DNA of 63,856 nucleotides, counting the filler, from Welwitschia mirabilis (Eukaryota): assembly GCA_051453625.1 (NCBI GenBank). It is 8 parts of one record of this genome, joined end to end, with 100 filler letters (N's around TTAATTAATTAA, not from the genome) between each part and the next. Parts side by side here need not be neighbours in the genome. Positions count along the whole stretch, not along the records: positions 6,353 to 30,216 come from JBOZIK010000001.1; positions 30,317 to 42,596 come from JBOZIK010000001.1; 6 more parts are not named here. One strand, written 5' to 3'. A model generated the notes under the pieces. The model had not been told where the DNA came from, made no database searches, and was given only the letters and a program-made list of their open reading frames with translations. Below, piece after piece: positions 26,244-39,281 of the stretch. The translations under genes were made by a program, and so were the position numbers. Positions within the stretch are counted from its first letter, which is position 1. Each line of letters starts with the position of its first letter.

Positions 26244-27369
26244 TCTATTATAAAACCACTCTGGTGCCATATACCCCAGCTTTCCATGCATTTGTGCTAT
26301 TACCAGATGGCTCTCTCTCAAACTTTGACTCTTTGTAAACCTTCCACGGTTATGGTCTGAGTGCTGAAGAAGATCGTAACCCTGGTCTCACCAAAGGTAC
26401 CGCCATCCTCCTCCTCTCCCTTGGTCTTCACAAGAGGCGTTGGCTTCTCTGGCCATTCCAAAGGAATGGATCCCGGTCTCCTCCAAAAGAACACATCGCG
26501 GGAGATCAATGTTGTGAGAGAAGTGACAAACATCATGAGCATCATCACTAGATCTCCCTTAGCATTGGTGAAAATGCATGATAACGTGATCAAATGACAA
26601 CAATTTGCGTGAGTTGTTCTTCATACTATTCTTCCAACAACAGAAAAAAACAAATCTTAATCTTGTCTCTTCCTCTTTTGCTAGAAAATGAAGGGCAAAT
26701 CTTGTTCTACGCTTGAAGCTTTTCTTCGGGAGCCACAACAAACCAAAATGAGGCCAAGACAAGGAAAGACGCGAGCCTCTAGCTTCTTAGGAGCTACTAC
26801 CTCTTAGAACTCTACACAGCTTCTGATGATCTCACCCCCTCATTTAACATAGGCGACGTTTGTAGAGCTTCATTGGAATGCTCATTCAAAAACTATGGGT
26901 TGGACACATTGCTCAGATAAACAGAACTAGTATTATCATTTGCAAGGTCCGCTAAACTAATATGGCAGTTTTCGGAAGACAGTCTATGTCTCAAACCATC
27001 TTTAGCGGACCTGGGAGTGGTCTAAAAACTAAATTCAGATCGCAAAGTATCCACAAAAATCTCATTCGTCAAAACTGGATTGAAGAATCACTGCTATCAA
27101 TCGACCTAGGACTGCAAGTCATTGGAGCAATAGACGGAATGTGCTCGGAGATCCTTGTGCTTTTGCCAAGCCTCCACTAATCTTGCAAGCTTAACTAGCA
27201 CAAATGTGTTGATTCATCCATTGCGCATTCCATCCTCATTCTTCTTTTTTGGAAGCCATTGCATTCCTTCCCAATAAGACGAACACTTCCTTTTACCCAC
27301 CACTTGATTGAATTCTTCTATTGCCTCCATCCAGACATGAGGTAAGGGTTGAACTATAGGTTGTAAAAC
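26244..27369 (-). repeat. Copy 2 (CpG-richer) of the ~1.1 kb direct repeat; carries a kinase-like motif
   Basis: See copy 1. The minus strand ends with HLVIAQMHGKLGYMAPEWFYNR at 26244-26310, against a gap. Confidence 0.92.
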
Positions 27370-28199
27370 TACATAGCATAAAGAACAGGAATCATTGGTG
27401 GTAGCAAGAAATGAGTTCCCTGATTCAGGCCTTCCATCTCTGGAAGAACAACTTGGGCATGAGGAGCTAACTATAGAATGCATACTTGGCTCTTGCATGA
27501 TGCTGCTTTCTATAATACACGCATTTTGAGCAACCCTTAAGTAGCTCAATCTAATCATCCATTGTTGCATGTCCATATAACCATCACGGAACAGGCGAGG
27601 GCTTCCAAAGACATCAAAACTGCTACTTCGATATTAGAAGTGTGGGGAAGGGGACGAAGCACTCTAGCCCCCACCTCGCCCACAAACAAGTCGAAGCCAA
27701 AAACACTGATAATGCCTCCTCCTATCTTCATCCTCTCTCAAAAAAATTTCCAGCCGAGCACTATCTGCCTTTCCGTCATTGGTCCCTACTATTTTGATCA
27801 TGCATTCACCAAATGAACATTGTATAGATTCATAAATGTATTGTTAGGGCCAAAATCATATTTCATCATGAATGCATTTACTTATGCCTTTAAAAACTGA
27901 TAGATTCTTGGTAAAAAGAGTACCCTCATTAGAATCCTTTACTTCTTTTTAACTACTCCCTTACCTGCGATTCAACCTTTTCTCTTCCATTAATATCCTC
28001 ACCTAAAGCTCCTCCTTACATATACACATTTATATATATAAAATATATATACACACAATTTAGATGTCATATTTTATTTATATGTAGATCTATTATTTAT
28101 TATGTTTTCCTTGAAGTATTCCAACATATATGTCAAAATATTCCAAGAGTTAAACATTATGCTTAGAAATTTTTATAAATGATAAAATATGAATAATTA

Positions 28200-28502
28200 G
28201 TATAAAAGATACGGAGATCTTACTAGGAAGTTATGCAAGCTGCCATAACCAATAAGTCTAATAGTAAAATTATTGAAGCATCACAGCATCACTATAGAAT
28301 TTAGTAAGTCGTGCATGCCCACTGAACAATTTGAAATACATCATCAAAAGCCATTCACAAGATCATTAAACAAAGGTATAAATTAAACACATTTAAAATT
28401 TAATACTTTGATTAAACCAAGCTTAAAGCCATCACACAAATAAATGTGAAAAGTTAATAATAATATTAAAAGAAATTCTGCATCAAAATTTGGGGTATTA
28501 CA
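28200..28502 (-). mobile_element. Probable Tekay/Del-type gypsy LTR start inserted in copia RT
   Basis: Minus strand begins TGTAATACCCCAAATTTT at 28502, where the neighbouring copia RT homology ends. The inner boundary is unknown. Confidence 0.5.
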
Positions 28503-30216
28503 TATACACTTTTAAGAAGGCACTCTTAACATCTATTTGATATAACTTGATCTTATGAAAACAAGCAACTAGTAACATGTAGGTTGCGTCTGTTCTTGCA
28601 ACAAAAGCAAATGTTTCACAATAGTCAATGCCTTCCTATTGGCAATAACCTTTTGCCACTAATCTAGCTTTGTTTTGCACTATGTGGTGATACTCATTCC
28701 TTTTGTTCTTGAAAACCTACTTCGCTCCAATAACATTTTTGTTTGAGGGGGCTGGAACTAGTTTCCAAACTTTATTCCTTTCAAATTGATTCAATTCCTT
28801 TTGCATGGCCATCATCCAGACCTCATCATGTTCTGCCTCTTGAAAGGTCTTGGGTTTCAACTCAGAAATGAAACATAGAAAATTTTGATTAATGTGCTTC
28901 TTGTGGTTGTTCCTTGAGTTGGATTACTAAAGACATTTATTTTTGGATAATCTCTTCTTGTTTTAAGAGGGAGAGATGAACATTTATTTGTGCATTTCTC
29001 TTCACTGTTAGAAGAAGATGGTTGGTTATCTGCTTTAGCTTCTACTTCAGGGTGACTTCTTCATCATCATCTCTTTTATGTTGTTTGGAAGTGTCTTGAG
29101 CACTCTCTTCCCTTCTAACATGAGCTGACTCTTCTACTCTGTTAGAGGCTTTGTTAAAGACTTTGTATGCTTTACTATTTGAAGAATACCCCACAAAGTT
29201 CCTTCATCTGTCTTGCAATCAAACTTTCCTATAGGATGTTTATCTTTCAGAATAAAACACTTACTTCCGAACACTTTAAAGTAATTTATTGTAGGTTTCT
29301 TGCCTTTCTAGAGCTTATATGTAGTTCTTTTAGTACCAGGTCTAAGAAAAACTTTATTGCAAACGTAGCAAGCAATATTAATTGCTTCAGCCCAAAGATG
29401 TTGATGTAAGGATTGTTCATTTAGCATAGTCTTAGCCATTTCAATTAAAATACAGTTTTTATGTTCAACAACTTTATTTTGTTGAGGAGCTCTAGGGGCT
29501 GAGAATTGATGATCTATTCCATGGAAATTACAAAAGTTTTCAAACTTCTCATTGTCAAATTCTCCTCTTTTATCAGATCATATAGTTTTAATGTTATAGC
29601 CCTTTTCAGTCTGAACCTTTTTTACTATTTTTAGGAACATGTCATAAGCCTCATCTTTGCTAGTCAAAAAATCTACCCAAGTAAATCTTGAGAAATCATT
29701 AAGGACAACCAAGCAATACCTTTTTCCTCCTATGCTTCTAGTGTGGGTTGGACTTACCAAGTCCATATGAAGGAGGTCTAAGGGTTTTGTTGAAGTGGTG
29801 TCTTTCTTACTTTTGAAACTTCTGCGAATGAGCTTGCCTTTTATACATGAATCACAAGGTTTGACTTGAGATATGTCTAGTTTGGTCATGCCTTTCACAA
29901 TTTGTTTTGTAGAAATGTCGTTTAGGTCCTTTAAGTTAATATGCCCTAGTCTTCTATGCCTAAAGTTTATTTCATTACAATGAGCTATGTAACATTCTTC
30001 CCTTGACTTATCTTCACATCCAATGACATACATGCATTTTGATCTACCACATATCAGAACTATGTTGTTGGTTCTTGAGTTTCTTACAATACATTTATCT
30101 TTAGTGAAAGAAACATTGTTACCTTTATCATAGATTTTGAAAATTCTAAGAAGATTGTGCTTTAGCCCATCAACTAGGTAAACATGGATCACAGGGTGCT
30201 ATTTATTTGCAACTCT
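28503..30216 (-). pseudogene. Sirevirus pol fragment (pre-integrase, integrase, RT N-terminus), same family as element 2
   Basis: VYLVDGLKHNLL, HRRLGHINLKDL, LLHMDLVSP, DFSRFTWV, and DVKSAFL at ~28515-28540; closely collinear with 15100-16800. Confidence 0.9.
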
Positions 30217-30316
30217 NNNNNNNNNNNNNNNNNNNNNNNNNNNNNNNNNNNNNNNNNNNNTTAATTAATTAANNNNNNNNNNNNNNNNNNNNNNNNNNNN
30301 NNNNNNNNNNNNNNNN

Positions 30317-30393
<77 letters not shown>
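30317..30393. repeat. (GT)n microsatellite at a contig end
   Basis: Direct observation. Confidence 0.95.
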
Positions 30394-30396
<3 letters not shown>

Positions 30397-30399
30397 TAA

Positions 30400-32610
30400 G
30401 ATCATCATGTTTTATATTTAATAGCTCAAAGATATGGTCACCATAATGTCCTACTACAAGTATACTAGGGCAAATTTTCCTGGAAGGGGCCTCTGATACT
30501 GTAATATGGTAGTTGCGGCAACTCCATTGGGAGGTTAGTTGGTCATTTTTCATAGGTCCTTACTTCTCTGACTGTAGTTGTACTTCCCTCATCATGGATA
30601 ATAAAATAATAAAAACTTGAAGGCTATGAGATCAATGGTATTCTTAGTATCATATGAGGCATTGCTGGTTTTCTAGGCTCTTAGTATTTCCACATGATCA
30701 TTTCATTTCTTGAGATTTAGGTGTTTGTTTTGAGATGTTGGCAAGTGATTTTATTTTTGAGTAACTCTTTGGTATGATCATTTATTATTTAAAGAATTTT
30801 ATTTTTATCATCGTCAGAACCACTGCCTCATCAAATAGAATTTTTTTATACATAAAATTCATGCATTTTAAAATTAAGTAATGTTATGATTTCTTTCATG
30901 AGATTGCTAGGTTAAAATTTTGGATAGGTAGGCTATCTTCTTTATGGTGTCTTATGTCCATTCTTTTTGTTTTAATTTTTGGTTTAGTTACTTGTTTAAA
31001 AGTCCTTTCCATATTTTCTTATCATTTAATGATTTCCTTTCTTAGTTTTTAATAAAGAGTTGATTTCTTACTTAAAATAATTTTGTGATGTTTATTTTCA
31101 GTATTTTGGAGTTTTTCAACACTGCTCATAATCATTTTGTAATGGAACATTTTTTTTGCTTGTTAAAATATTTCATACTTCTATAGTTTTCATGGCTTAT
31201 TTTCATAAAATTTTCAAGTTATTTTAGAGATTTCATGAAACATAATTTTAAAATTTTTACTCCATACACATTATGAATTACATGTTATTATGTGATATGT
31301 TTATGATCTTGTTTTATAATTTCTAAATTGATTTTTTATAAGACAAATTGGCTTGGATTTGTGGTTTTCCACCTAGTTTTTGTCAGGAACTGATAAAGGC
31401 TAAGTGAAGGGCTATGATGTGCTACCAATTTATGGTTATTTGATGAGGTTTTATAAGTTATTATGTAGGACATTTTCATAAGTTTAGATACAATTCTAAG
31501 GATTTTTAAGAATCAATAAAAAATCTAAAAAAATGTGAAATTCTTAGTAAGATTTGAATCATTTAAGGCACATTTTGATACACAGAGATTTAGAGGAAGA
31601 TTAATAACAGACGAAATAGATTTCTTTCACTAAAATGAATGAAGAAGACTATTGTCTCCTCTGTCGTCCTCATGATAGGCAGGACTATGATACATTTTCA
31701 TGTTAATGTGGACTGTTGTATCATCTACTGAATCATCTTTTGTAAAGAGCTGTAGTGCTATATGTCATCTAGACAATTGTAAGGACGACCATTGTAATCG
31801 ACTCTGATAGCTGACCTTAACTATTTCATTTATTTCTTTTTATAATGGAGAGTGTTTTATAGCACATTTTATGTAACAGTTTTGCTTTGTAACCCTATAA
31901 ATAAAACCATCCCCCCGTACCCCCCCCCGCCCCCCCCGCCCNNNNNNNNNNNNNNNNNNNNNNNNNNNNNNNNNNNNNNNNNNNNNNNNNNNNNNNNNNN
32001 NNNNNNNNNNNNNNNNNNNNNNNNNNNNNNNNNNNNNNNNNTTACCCCCACCCTCACCCCCCTCCCTTATGACTGTCTTATTCATCTTTGATGCATCTGA
32101 CATTCTTATGATAGGAGATCGAAGGGTAGGAAATCCATCTTAAGAGTTGTAGAAAAATGTTCCCTTGGTGAAGGGCTATGCATCTTCCATTAAGACCCGA
32201 CTGTTTTATAATCTAGATGTTTGGTTCCTTTTAATACAAAAACTCTATTTTCATTATTACATTTAGATTTGTCAGATGTCCCTTATGGTTTATGTTGCCC
32301 TTGATCTGGTAACAATTTCATTAGTGATATAAATATTAAGGGAAGCCTTTGTTAAGGCTGAAGAAAAGTAGTTTAGATTTATTTTACATTGCATTTAATT
32401 TAGTTGCATTTGCATTTACACTGTATCTTTATTTTCTACATTATTCTTTAAGTTTGGTTACATAATTTTGTAAAAACCAATCCTTATTCTCCTCTCATAA
32501 GTCTTCAATGAGATACGACATTCGGATTCATTCCCAACTATATTAGTATGTTGTATTATGTAAGATATTTATTTTATTTGTGAATGACAGGATTTTTCTG
32601 AGTATTAACA
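30400..32610 (+). mobile_element. Athila-type 3' region with 3' LTR (31415-32610)
   Basis: 30500-30720 matches the reverse complement of the post-pol region 53100-53320. The LTR starts TGATGTGCTACC after a tract also found beside the 33600-34835 LTR, resembles the 59480 LTR start, and ends ...TTAACA. Confidence 0.6.
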
Positions 32611-33599
32611 TTTACACAAATATGCACCATTAATATCTCTCATGTTCAATATCAATTCCTAAATGAAATTTATGTTTCAAATTCTTTACATCATGAGTTT
32701 GATAAGAGATTATTTTTCCATCAATTATATGAATTTTTTATCTCTTACATTGCTAATACATCTTGTGAAAACAAAATACCATTTAGTCATGATACTTGAA
32801 AAAAGATTTACTTCCTTAATGAAAATCCATATCTTAAGTTGCATGATAGAAAGCTTCTTCAGATCACTAACCAATCTAAAGAGCCTTCAAAATCTTCTTA
32901 ATTCTTTTCTTTGATTAGTTCCTTGCATGCATTATGTAATGATGATCATAATTTATGTTGTTTTAATAAGAGATTATTTTTCAATGAAATCTATTACTTC
33001 TTCATCTCTTAATTAGATTCTAAAATTTGTGCTATAAAATTTTTATCCTTTTATTGTGTTTATTTCTAATTGATTTTATTGAAAAATGATTATATACCTT
33101 TTATGTTTTACCAATTGGTTAATATTTGGCTTGGTCCTTATTTTTTTGATAAAATACAATACCCTAAGAACATAGCCTTAGGAAAATAAAGAATTTCTTT
33201 TTTATTTTAAATAAATTATTGAATAAGATTTAGAATTTGAATAAAACTTATTGTTAGTTTTCTTTGATACTTCCTTTTGATTTTATGTTGTTATGCTTTT
33301 GTCCTTGGTTTTTTATTATATACAATGAGTTAACATCTAGATTATTAGGTCCTTATATTTTAGAGGAAGTACATTTTAATGGCTCAATTAAGATTTCTGA
33401 TTTGAACACTAGGGAAATTCAAAATTAGAGATAAATGTTAAAAATTAATGGGTTGTCAAACCTTAAACATGATAGAAGCACTAGTTTTAGAAGTCCTTTT
33501 TCCATTGTCTGAATTCTTTCTTAGCCAATTCTTTTAGTGGATATTATACTATCACTTGAACATATTTAACTTAACTTATGTTTTACTTTATGAAGTTAC

Positions 33600-36500
33600 T
33601 GTTGTGATGTGTATTTGTGCTTCCATATCCAATATTCTAAAGATCGATTTTAACTTGCAACACCTAACAAGCTAATAATCTAATTGCATACAATACACAT
33701 TTGCATAGTGGAATCAACCCAAATGTCGTACATTTAGAGAGGAATTTTAAAAGAGGATTTGGAAAATTAATTTAAACAAGAAAATAAGAATATATTTTTA
33801 AATTTTACCTTATAGGAAATGAAATTAAATAGCACCAGGATGAAAATGAAATGCAACGCAATAGAATGAAACTAAATGTAATGGAATGAAATGAAATGTG
33901 AATCTAATATAATTAATTAATCAAATTTCCAACCTACTTTTACCTAGATTGATTCTTATATTTTATGTTAATTACAAATTCATGTCACTTTTATTGAAAT
34001 TAAGAGAAGTTATAAGGAAGGAAAAATAAAGCAATTGAAAAGAGTTCTAATTCAATCTACATTTTTATTAATAAAATTAAATTATATCCACTTATCACAA
34101 CAACTCCTTAATGGAAGATTCACTGCCTAACATCAAAATAGTCCTTCTCATAAGTAGGATGGATCTCCTTGCCTCCAACAATCTCCAATTATCACAAGAT
34201 TTCAGATGACAAAAGATGATTTACAATGAGCTCCAAGAGGGTCTATTTATAGGTTAGGATGGAGGTTAAGGGTTGTTAAGGGATGTGACTTAAAAAGGCA
34301 TAATTACAATTTATCATTTTGTAACAATTGGATTAGTTTTCCAAATTATTTTATTTGTCATCCTTCGTGTCATCCCCCTAACATACTGGACAACCACTCT
34401 AACCACCAATTAATGCTTGGCATGTATTGATCATCAAACCTACACTGACTATCCTCCCCATGACATAGTGGATGATAGTTAAATATTGTCCATTTATACC
34501 TATTTGAATATCTTTTTGTAGCTATTATCTCAACGATAGGATGGACAACCATCATTTAGCATCAGCAATCCCAATGACATGAGAGATAATAGTTGTTTTG
34601 CATGAGTCATCCCAATAACATAGTAAAAAACTAGGTTTTCTTACTTAACTTCCTCTTGATCATTATGCTTTAGTCCATCATCACACAAGAATAGATCCTT
34701 GTTTTGGAATTTGGTAAATTTCATGACCTATATGGAAGTCTTACATAATTTGCATATATCCCTAGAAAAACTTTCAATAGGACTTAAAAATGTGCTCCAC
34801 AATTGTGTTAAATAGGTTAATTTGGCTTTGCAACATAGCCATCCACCTAGCATTTATCATTCCCTGATAAAGTAAGTGGATAACCAGTTGCAAGTTAACT
34901 GATAAAATGAGCATGAAAAAAAAAGAAAACTCAAAACATGTATATAGCATCAGAATTAAGTTTTGAGTATAACATGCAAAATACATTGAATTTGTTAAGA
35001 AGAACAAGTGGAATAAATGTATACTATCAAGAATTTGTTTAACATTATTGCATATATTTATGTGAAGAGAAAACTTTTGGCCTACAAATCATGTAATACA
35101 TGTGTCTACCCTCAACTAAATGAATAAATCATCTTGAGTTATGTAAACCATGAAGACGGAGGAAATAATTTGGTTTAGATATGAATCCATGGACTAGATC
35201 CTAGAAAAGTGTGTTTTTGAAGCATAAGAAGATGGTAAACTAGAGTAATAGCTCATGATTGCGAGGTTAAGTAGTAGGAGATTGTAAATAAGAGAGATTA
35301 CAAGAAAAGGAGAACATCAATGCTATCATGCTAAAGGATGGTCAAAGAAGAGGTTAAATTTAATTTTATGCAAAATAGTCAAGTACTGAAAAAAGTAACA
35401 AGAAAACTAAAAAATGATGAAGTCCTAATCATTATTTTGGAAAAAGTGAGAAAATAACTTTAAGAAGATAAATCAATAAAGTAAGAAAGGATAAAAAGAA
35501 AAATGGACAAGATAGACATGAAGAAGATTAATTATTTATCTAAATTCCAACCTAGCAAAACTTCTTAGTAAAGGTTATGATGGTGACAATATCTAATGGT
35601 TATTTTGGTCAAAGTACTAAGTCATGTTTAGAATATAATTCAATTCCTCTTTAGTTATGACAATCAGAGTGCTTTAATAAGATATCATCTAATGATCAAT
35701 ATACTTATATGCTCACAAATTTTGTGCCTCAGAGTGATGGGAGTTCTTAAGTGAATGGGATGTTGAATAATACCATTCATCATGATGAGGAAAGTGCGAC
35801 CATTACCAAGAGCATAAGAACCTACTAGCCAAAGCTAGATCATAACTAGGTAATCCTCTGGTGGAGTTTCCACAGCTAGTATATTGTATTGTCAAAGGCC
35901 CTTTTGGAAAAGTTTATGTCAGTAAACTTGTGGTAGTACATCATGGCATAATTGTAAGAGGGTAATTTCTCTCTATTTCTCACTCTTTTTGGTTCTTTTT
36001 CATTGACTTAGACTCCCATTTTTAATAACATTGATTAATGATTGGAATGATAAAGTAATAAAGAATATAGATGAAATTGATACTTTGCAATAAAACAAAC
36101 AAGGATATTGATTGTAGATATTAGAATATCTTAAGATTGGTTGAATCCCATCTTTACCACATAAAAACTCAAAGTAAACAACTACTTAGCCATGACAACA
36201 CCTATTGAAGTCAAACACAAATCAAGTTAATGATGATTAAGTAGTATCATAACTTAAACCAAGGAATAAGGTCAAAAATAATTTAGTAGATGGCCAAGGG
36301 GAGATCTTTCTTTATGCAAAGAGGATCTTCCAAGTTAATTGCTTATATCATGTTCAAGGTATAAGAACAATCATTTGGAGATGTATACAATTTTAACCTT
36401 GGTCATTTACTTTTTGGATTTGTTGAGTTTGAAGGATAGATATCTTAATAGAGACCTTGGAGTGTACCCTTTCCACACGATAAGAACAAAGCCATTTATA

Positions 36501-38236
36501 GGTTAGTTCGTTATGTAAAAGATGCACTCGAGTATTATACAAAACCATGAATTGACTTAGTTTAAAGGATTTATGGAGAAGTGTTTTATCATAATGGAAT
36601 TTGCTCTGAGCTTTCTAGATGAATTATCTATGGATAGCACTCATTCTTTTCTCATCAAGTTGTTGAAGTTGTGCTAAATGATAGTGAACATTCTCCTTAT
36701 GGTTTAATACATTAAATCGACGAATAGTGCAATAAGAGTTATAGCAAACATCAATAAGTAAAACACAAGTTTTTTCATATATAAGTTTATAAGCTGAAAA
36801 TCCAAGTGAATTACACCTAGCAGTGTGATAAGTTCATAACACATCATTAAGTTTAAGAGAATAATATTTCTTATTTTTGGAAATACATGTTTATAATATC
36901 TTCTTAAGTTATTTCTTAGCATTCTTAGTTTGACCATTTATTTGAGGGTAATAAGCATTTGTAATTCTATTTCAATTCCTACAAAAAGGCATAGTTTTCT
37001 AAGAACCTTATTAATTAAGTGGGTAGGTTACTAATTAATATTATAGAAAAGCCAAACCTATGAATGATATTATATTTTAGAAAGAAACACTCATTTTTAA
37101 CATCATTGATTTGAGAAGGAGTTGCTTTAGTCCATTTCGTGACATAGTCTATGGCTATCAATATGTAATTCTTATTGTAAAAAGATGGTTTAAGAGGTCC
37201 TATAAAGTTTATATCCTAATAATTAANNNNNNNNNNNNNNNNNNNNNNNNNNNNNNNNNNNNNNNNNNNNNNNNNNNNNNNNNNNNNNNNNNNNNNNNNN
37301 NNNNNNNNNNNNNNNNNNNNNNNNNNNNNNNNNNNNNNNNNNNNNNNNNNNNNNNNNNNNNNNNNNNNNNNNNNNNNNNNNNNNNNNNNNNNNNNNNNNN
37401 NNNNNNNNNNNNNNNNNNNNNNNNNNNNNNNNNNNNNNNNNNNNNNNNNNNNNNNNNNNNNNNNNNNNNNNNNNNNNNNNNNNNNNNNNNNNNNNNNNNN
37501 NNNNNNNNNNNNNNNNNNNNNNNNNNNNNNNNNNNNNNNNNNNNNNNNNNNNNNNNNNNNNNNNNNNNNNNNNNNNNNNNNNNNNNNNNNNNNNNNNNNN
37601 NNNNNNNNNNNNNNNNNNNNNNNNNNNNNNNNNNNNNNNNNNNNNNNNNNNNNNNNNNNNNNNNNNNNNNNNNNNNNNNNNNNNNNNNNNNNNNNNNNNN
37701 NNNNNNNNNNNNNNNNNNNNNNNNNNNNNNNNNNNNNNNNNNNNNNNNNNNNNNNNNNNNNNNNNNNNNNNNNNNNNNNNNNNNNNNNNNNNNNNNNNNN
37801 NNNNNNNNNNNNNNNNNNNNNNNNNNNNNNNNNNNNNNNNNNNNNNNNNNNNNNNNNNNNNNNNNNNNNNNNNNNNNNNNNNNNNNNNNNNNNNNNNNNN
37901 NNNNNNNNNNNNNNNNNNNNNNNNNNNNNNNNNNNNNNNNNNNNNNNNNNNNNNNTGTTATAGGGGTATATTATAAGATTTGGTTAGGCTTCCAAAATGT
38001 TAACATGCATCACATCTTTGTGCATGATCAAAAGAGTCTTTGAAAAGGGTAGGCCAAAGAAGCCAACATCAAGCATTTTGATGGCAGTCTTTTAATTCTA
38101 AAGTAACCTCCACATACAACACCATGGTAAAAGTAAAGAATTTCAATTTTTTCTACTCTAGCACACACTTACACATGACTTAATCTTTACATCTTCAGTA
38201 GAGGTGTGTCTCATTCCATTCATAATCCCCTATTCT
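33600..38236 (-). mobile_element. Athila-type element remnant: integrase, 3' non-coding region and 3' LTR (33600-34835)
   Basis: LTR bounded by TGTTG...CAACA. 36320-37220 and 37976-38236 are collinear with the integrase at 53790-54950 (VNDQ/VNGQR-like end, H2C2-region CGGYF). Confidence 0.7.
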
Positions 38237-38539
38237 ATGCAGAAAAGATTTTCTTTGATTAGAATTCTAATGTTGGAGGTTTTGAAAGTGATGGTATTGT
38301 AATAGAAAGAATATTACATCAACTTCCTTTTAGAGTGGAGAAAGGGAGAGCATATTTTAACAATACTATGGAAAGATAAAAAATACACACCCAAAAACTC
38401 AATTTTAACTAGAATAGCTATTCCTTATTCTCATGTCAAAATTTTAACCAAAATAGCATGCCATCATAGAAATAATAAAATAAGGTTTAATGAGTTTATT
38501 TCACATCTTAGAATAACTCATGACTCATGATTATCAAAC

Positions 38540-39281
38540 CTAACATTTTTTTCCTAAAGGGCTATCACATTAACATTTATGAAATCTAGATTTTGTTCAA
38601 TGAGGTTTTTAGTAATTCTTATAAAATCTTTTAAAAATGGCTTAATAGAACTAGGGCCATGGCATAGGGGGATATGATCTCCTTCCATCTAATTCAATAA
38701 TTTCCCATCAACATGAGTCAAGAAAACAAAGTAAAGATCAACACTCATACTAGAATCTAGAGGTGTAGTGTCCCCGCCATTTACCACCACTAAATGCATA
38801 GCATCTAACTCACTCTCATTCTTAATAAACTCTACCCACTCTTCTGGAATCATATTATTTGTAGCTATTAAAAAAAATTTAAAATAATGATCCATTCTGA
38901 ATAATTAGTTGGGATGAATTATTTCCTATTACACGAAGGATGCTAACCATGCCACATGCATTTCCAACTATTTTCTGCATGAAATGCAAACTGTTATTTC
39001 CTTTCTGTTTTATAGCACTAGTGAACTACTATTTATCGATAATGTTTTTCTATACAGTTGAGTGAATAATTAGATAAAGAAAGAGCACTGCACATACTAG
39101 TTTCGGAACCATTTTCAGTAATTCATCATCAAAGCATAAACATCATTGAATTAAACTCTTTTTCATTAAGTCTAAGTTCCCAGACAATCTAATTCATAAT
39201 ATCAAGATTAACTTCTAAAGGAATTCATCTCTTAGCACTTGAAGTTGTAGATGAGGCATCATTCACTGTGTCATAGGTCAT
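38540..39281 (-). pseudogene. UCH3: Intronless pseudogene of ubiquitin carboxyl-terminal hydrolase, UCH3/UCH-L3 type (peptidase C12)
   Basis: Joined across frameshifts it reads: MTYDTVNDASSTTSSAKR*IPLEVNLDIMN*IVWELRL..FNDVYA.DDELLKMVPKLVCAVLFLYLI..LHFMQKIVGNACGMVSILRVIGNNSSQLIIQNGS..FFLIATNNMIPEEWVEFIKNESELDAMHLVVVNGGDT..VDLYFVFLTHVDGKL.ELDGRRSYP.CHGPSS..FLKD..KNLIEQNLDFINVNVIAL. This follows the plant UCH3 motifs (KRWLPLEANP, MKQTVGNACG, HF, ELDG) over ~740 nt with no room for introns. Confidence 0.9.

Noticed and set aside
26124-26321. A receptor-like kinase gene
   Set aside because: Only the GYMAPEW motif is present. The same frame upstream has a stop and no HRD or DFG, so it is kept only as a possible captured fragment.
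32620-33000. Faint gypsy gag resemblance on the minus strand (SLDWL..)
   Set aside because: Too AT-rich and degenerate to support by eye.
38650-38690. Plus-strand resemblance to the L1 RT motif RGLRQGDPLSP
   Set aside because: It is the antisense of the UCH3 ELDGRR..HGPSS region, which explains the sequence far better.
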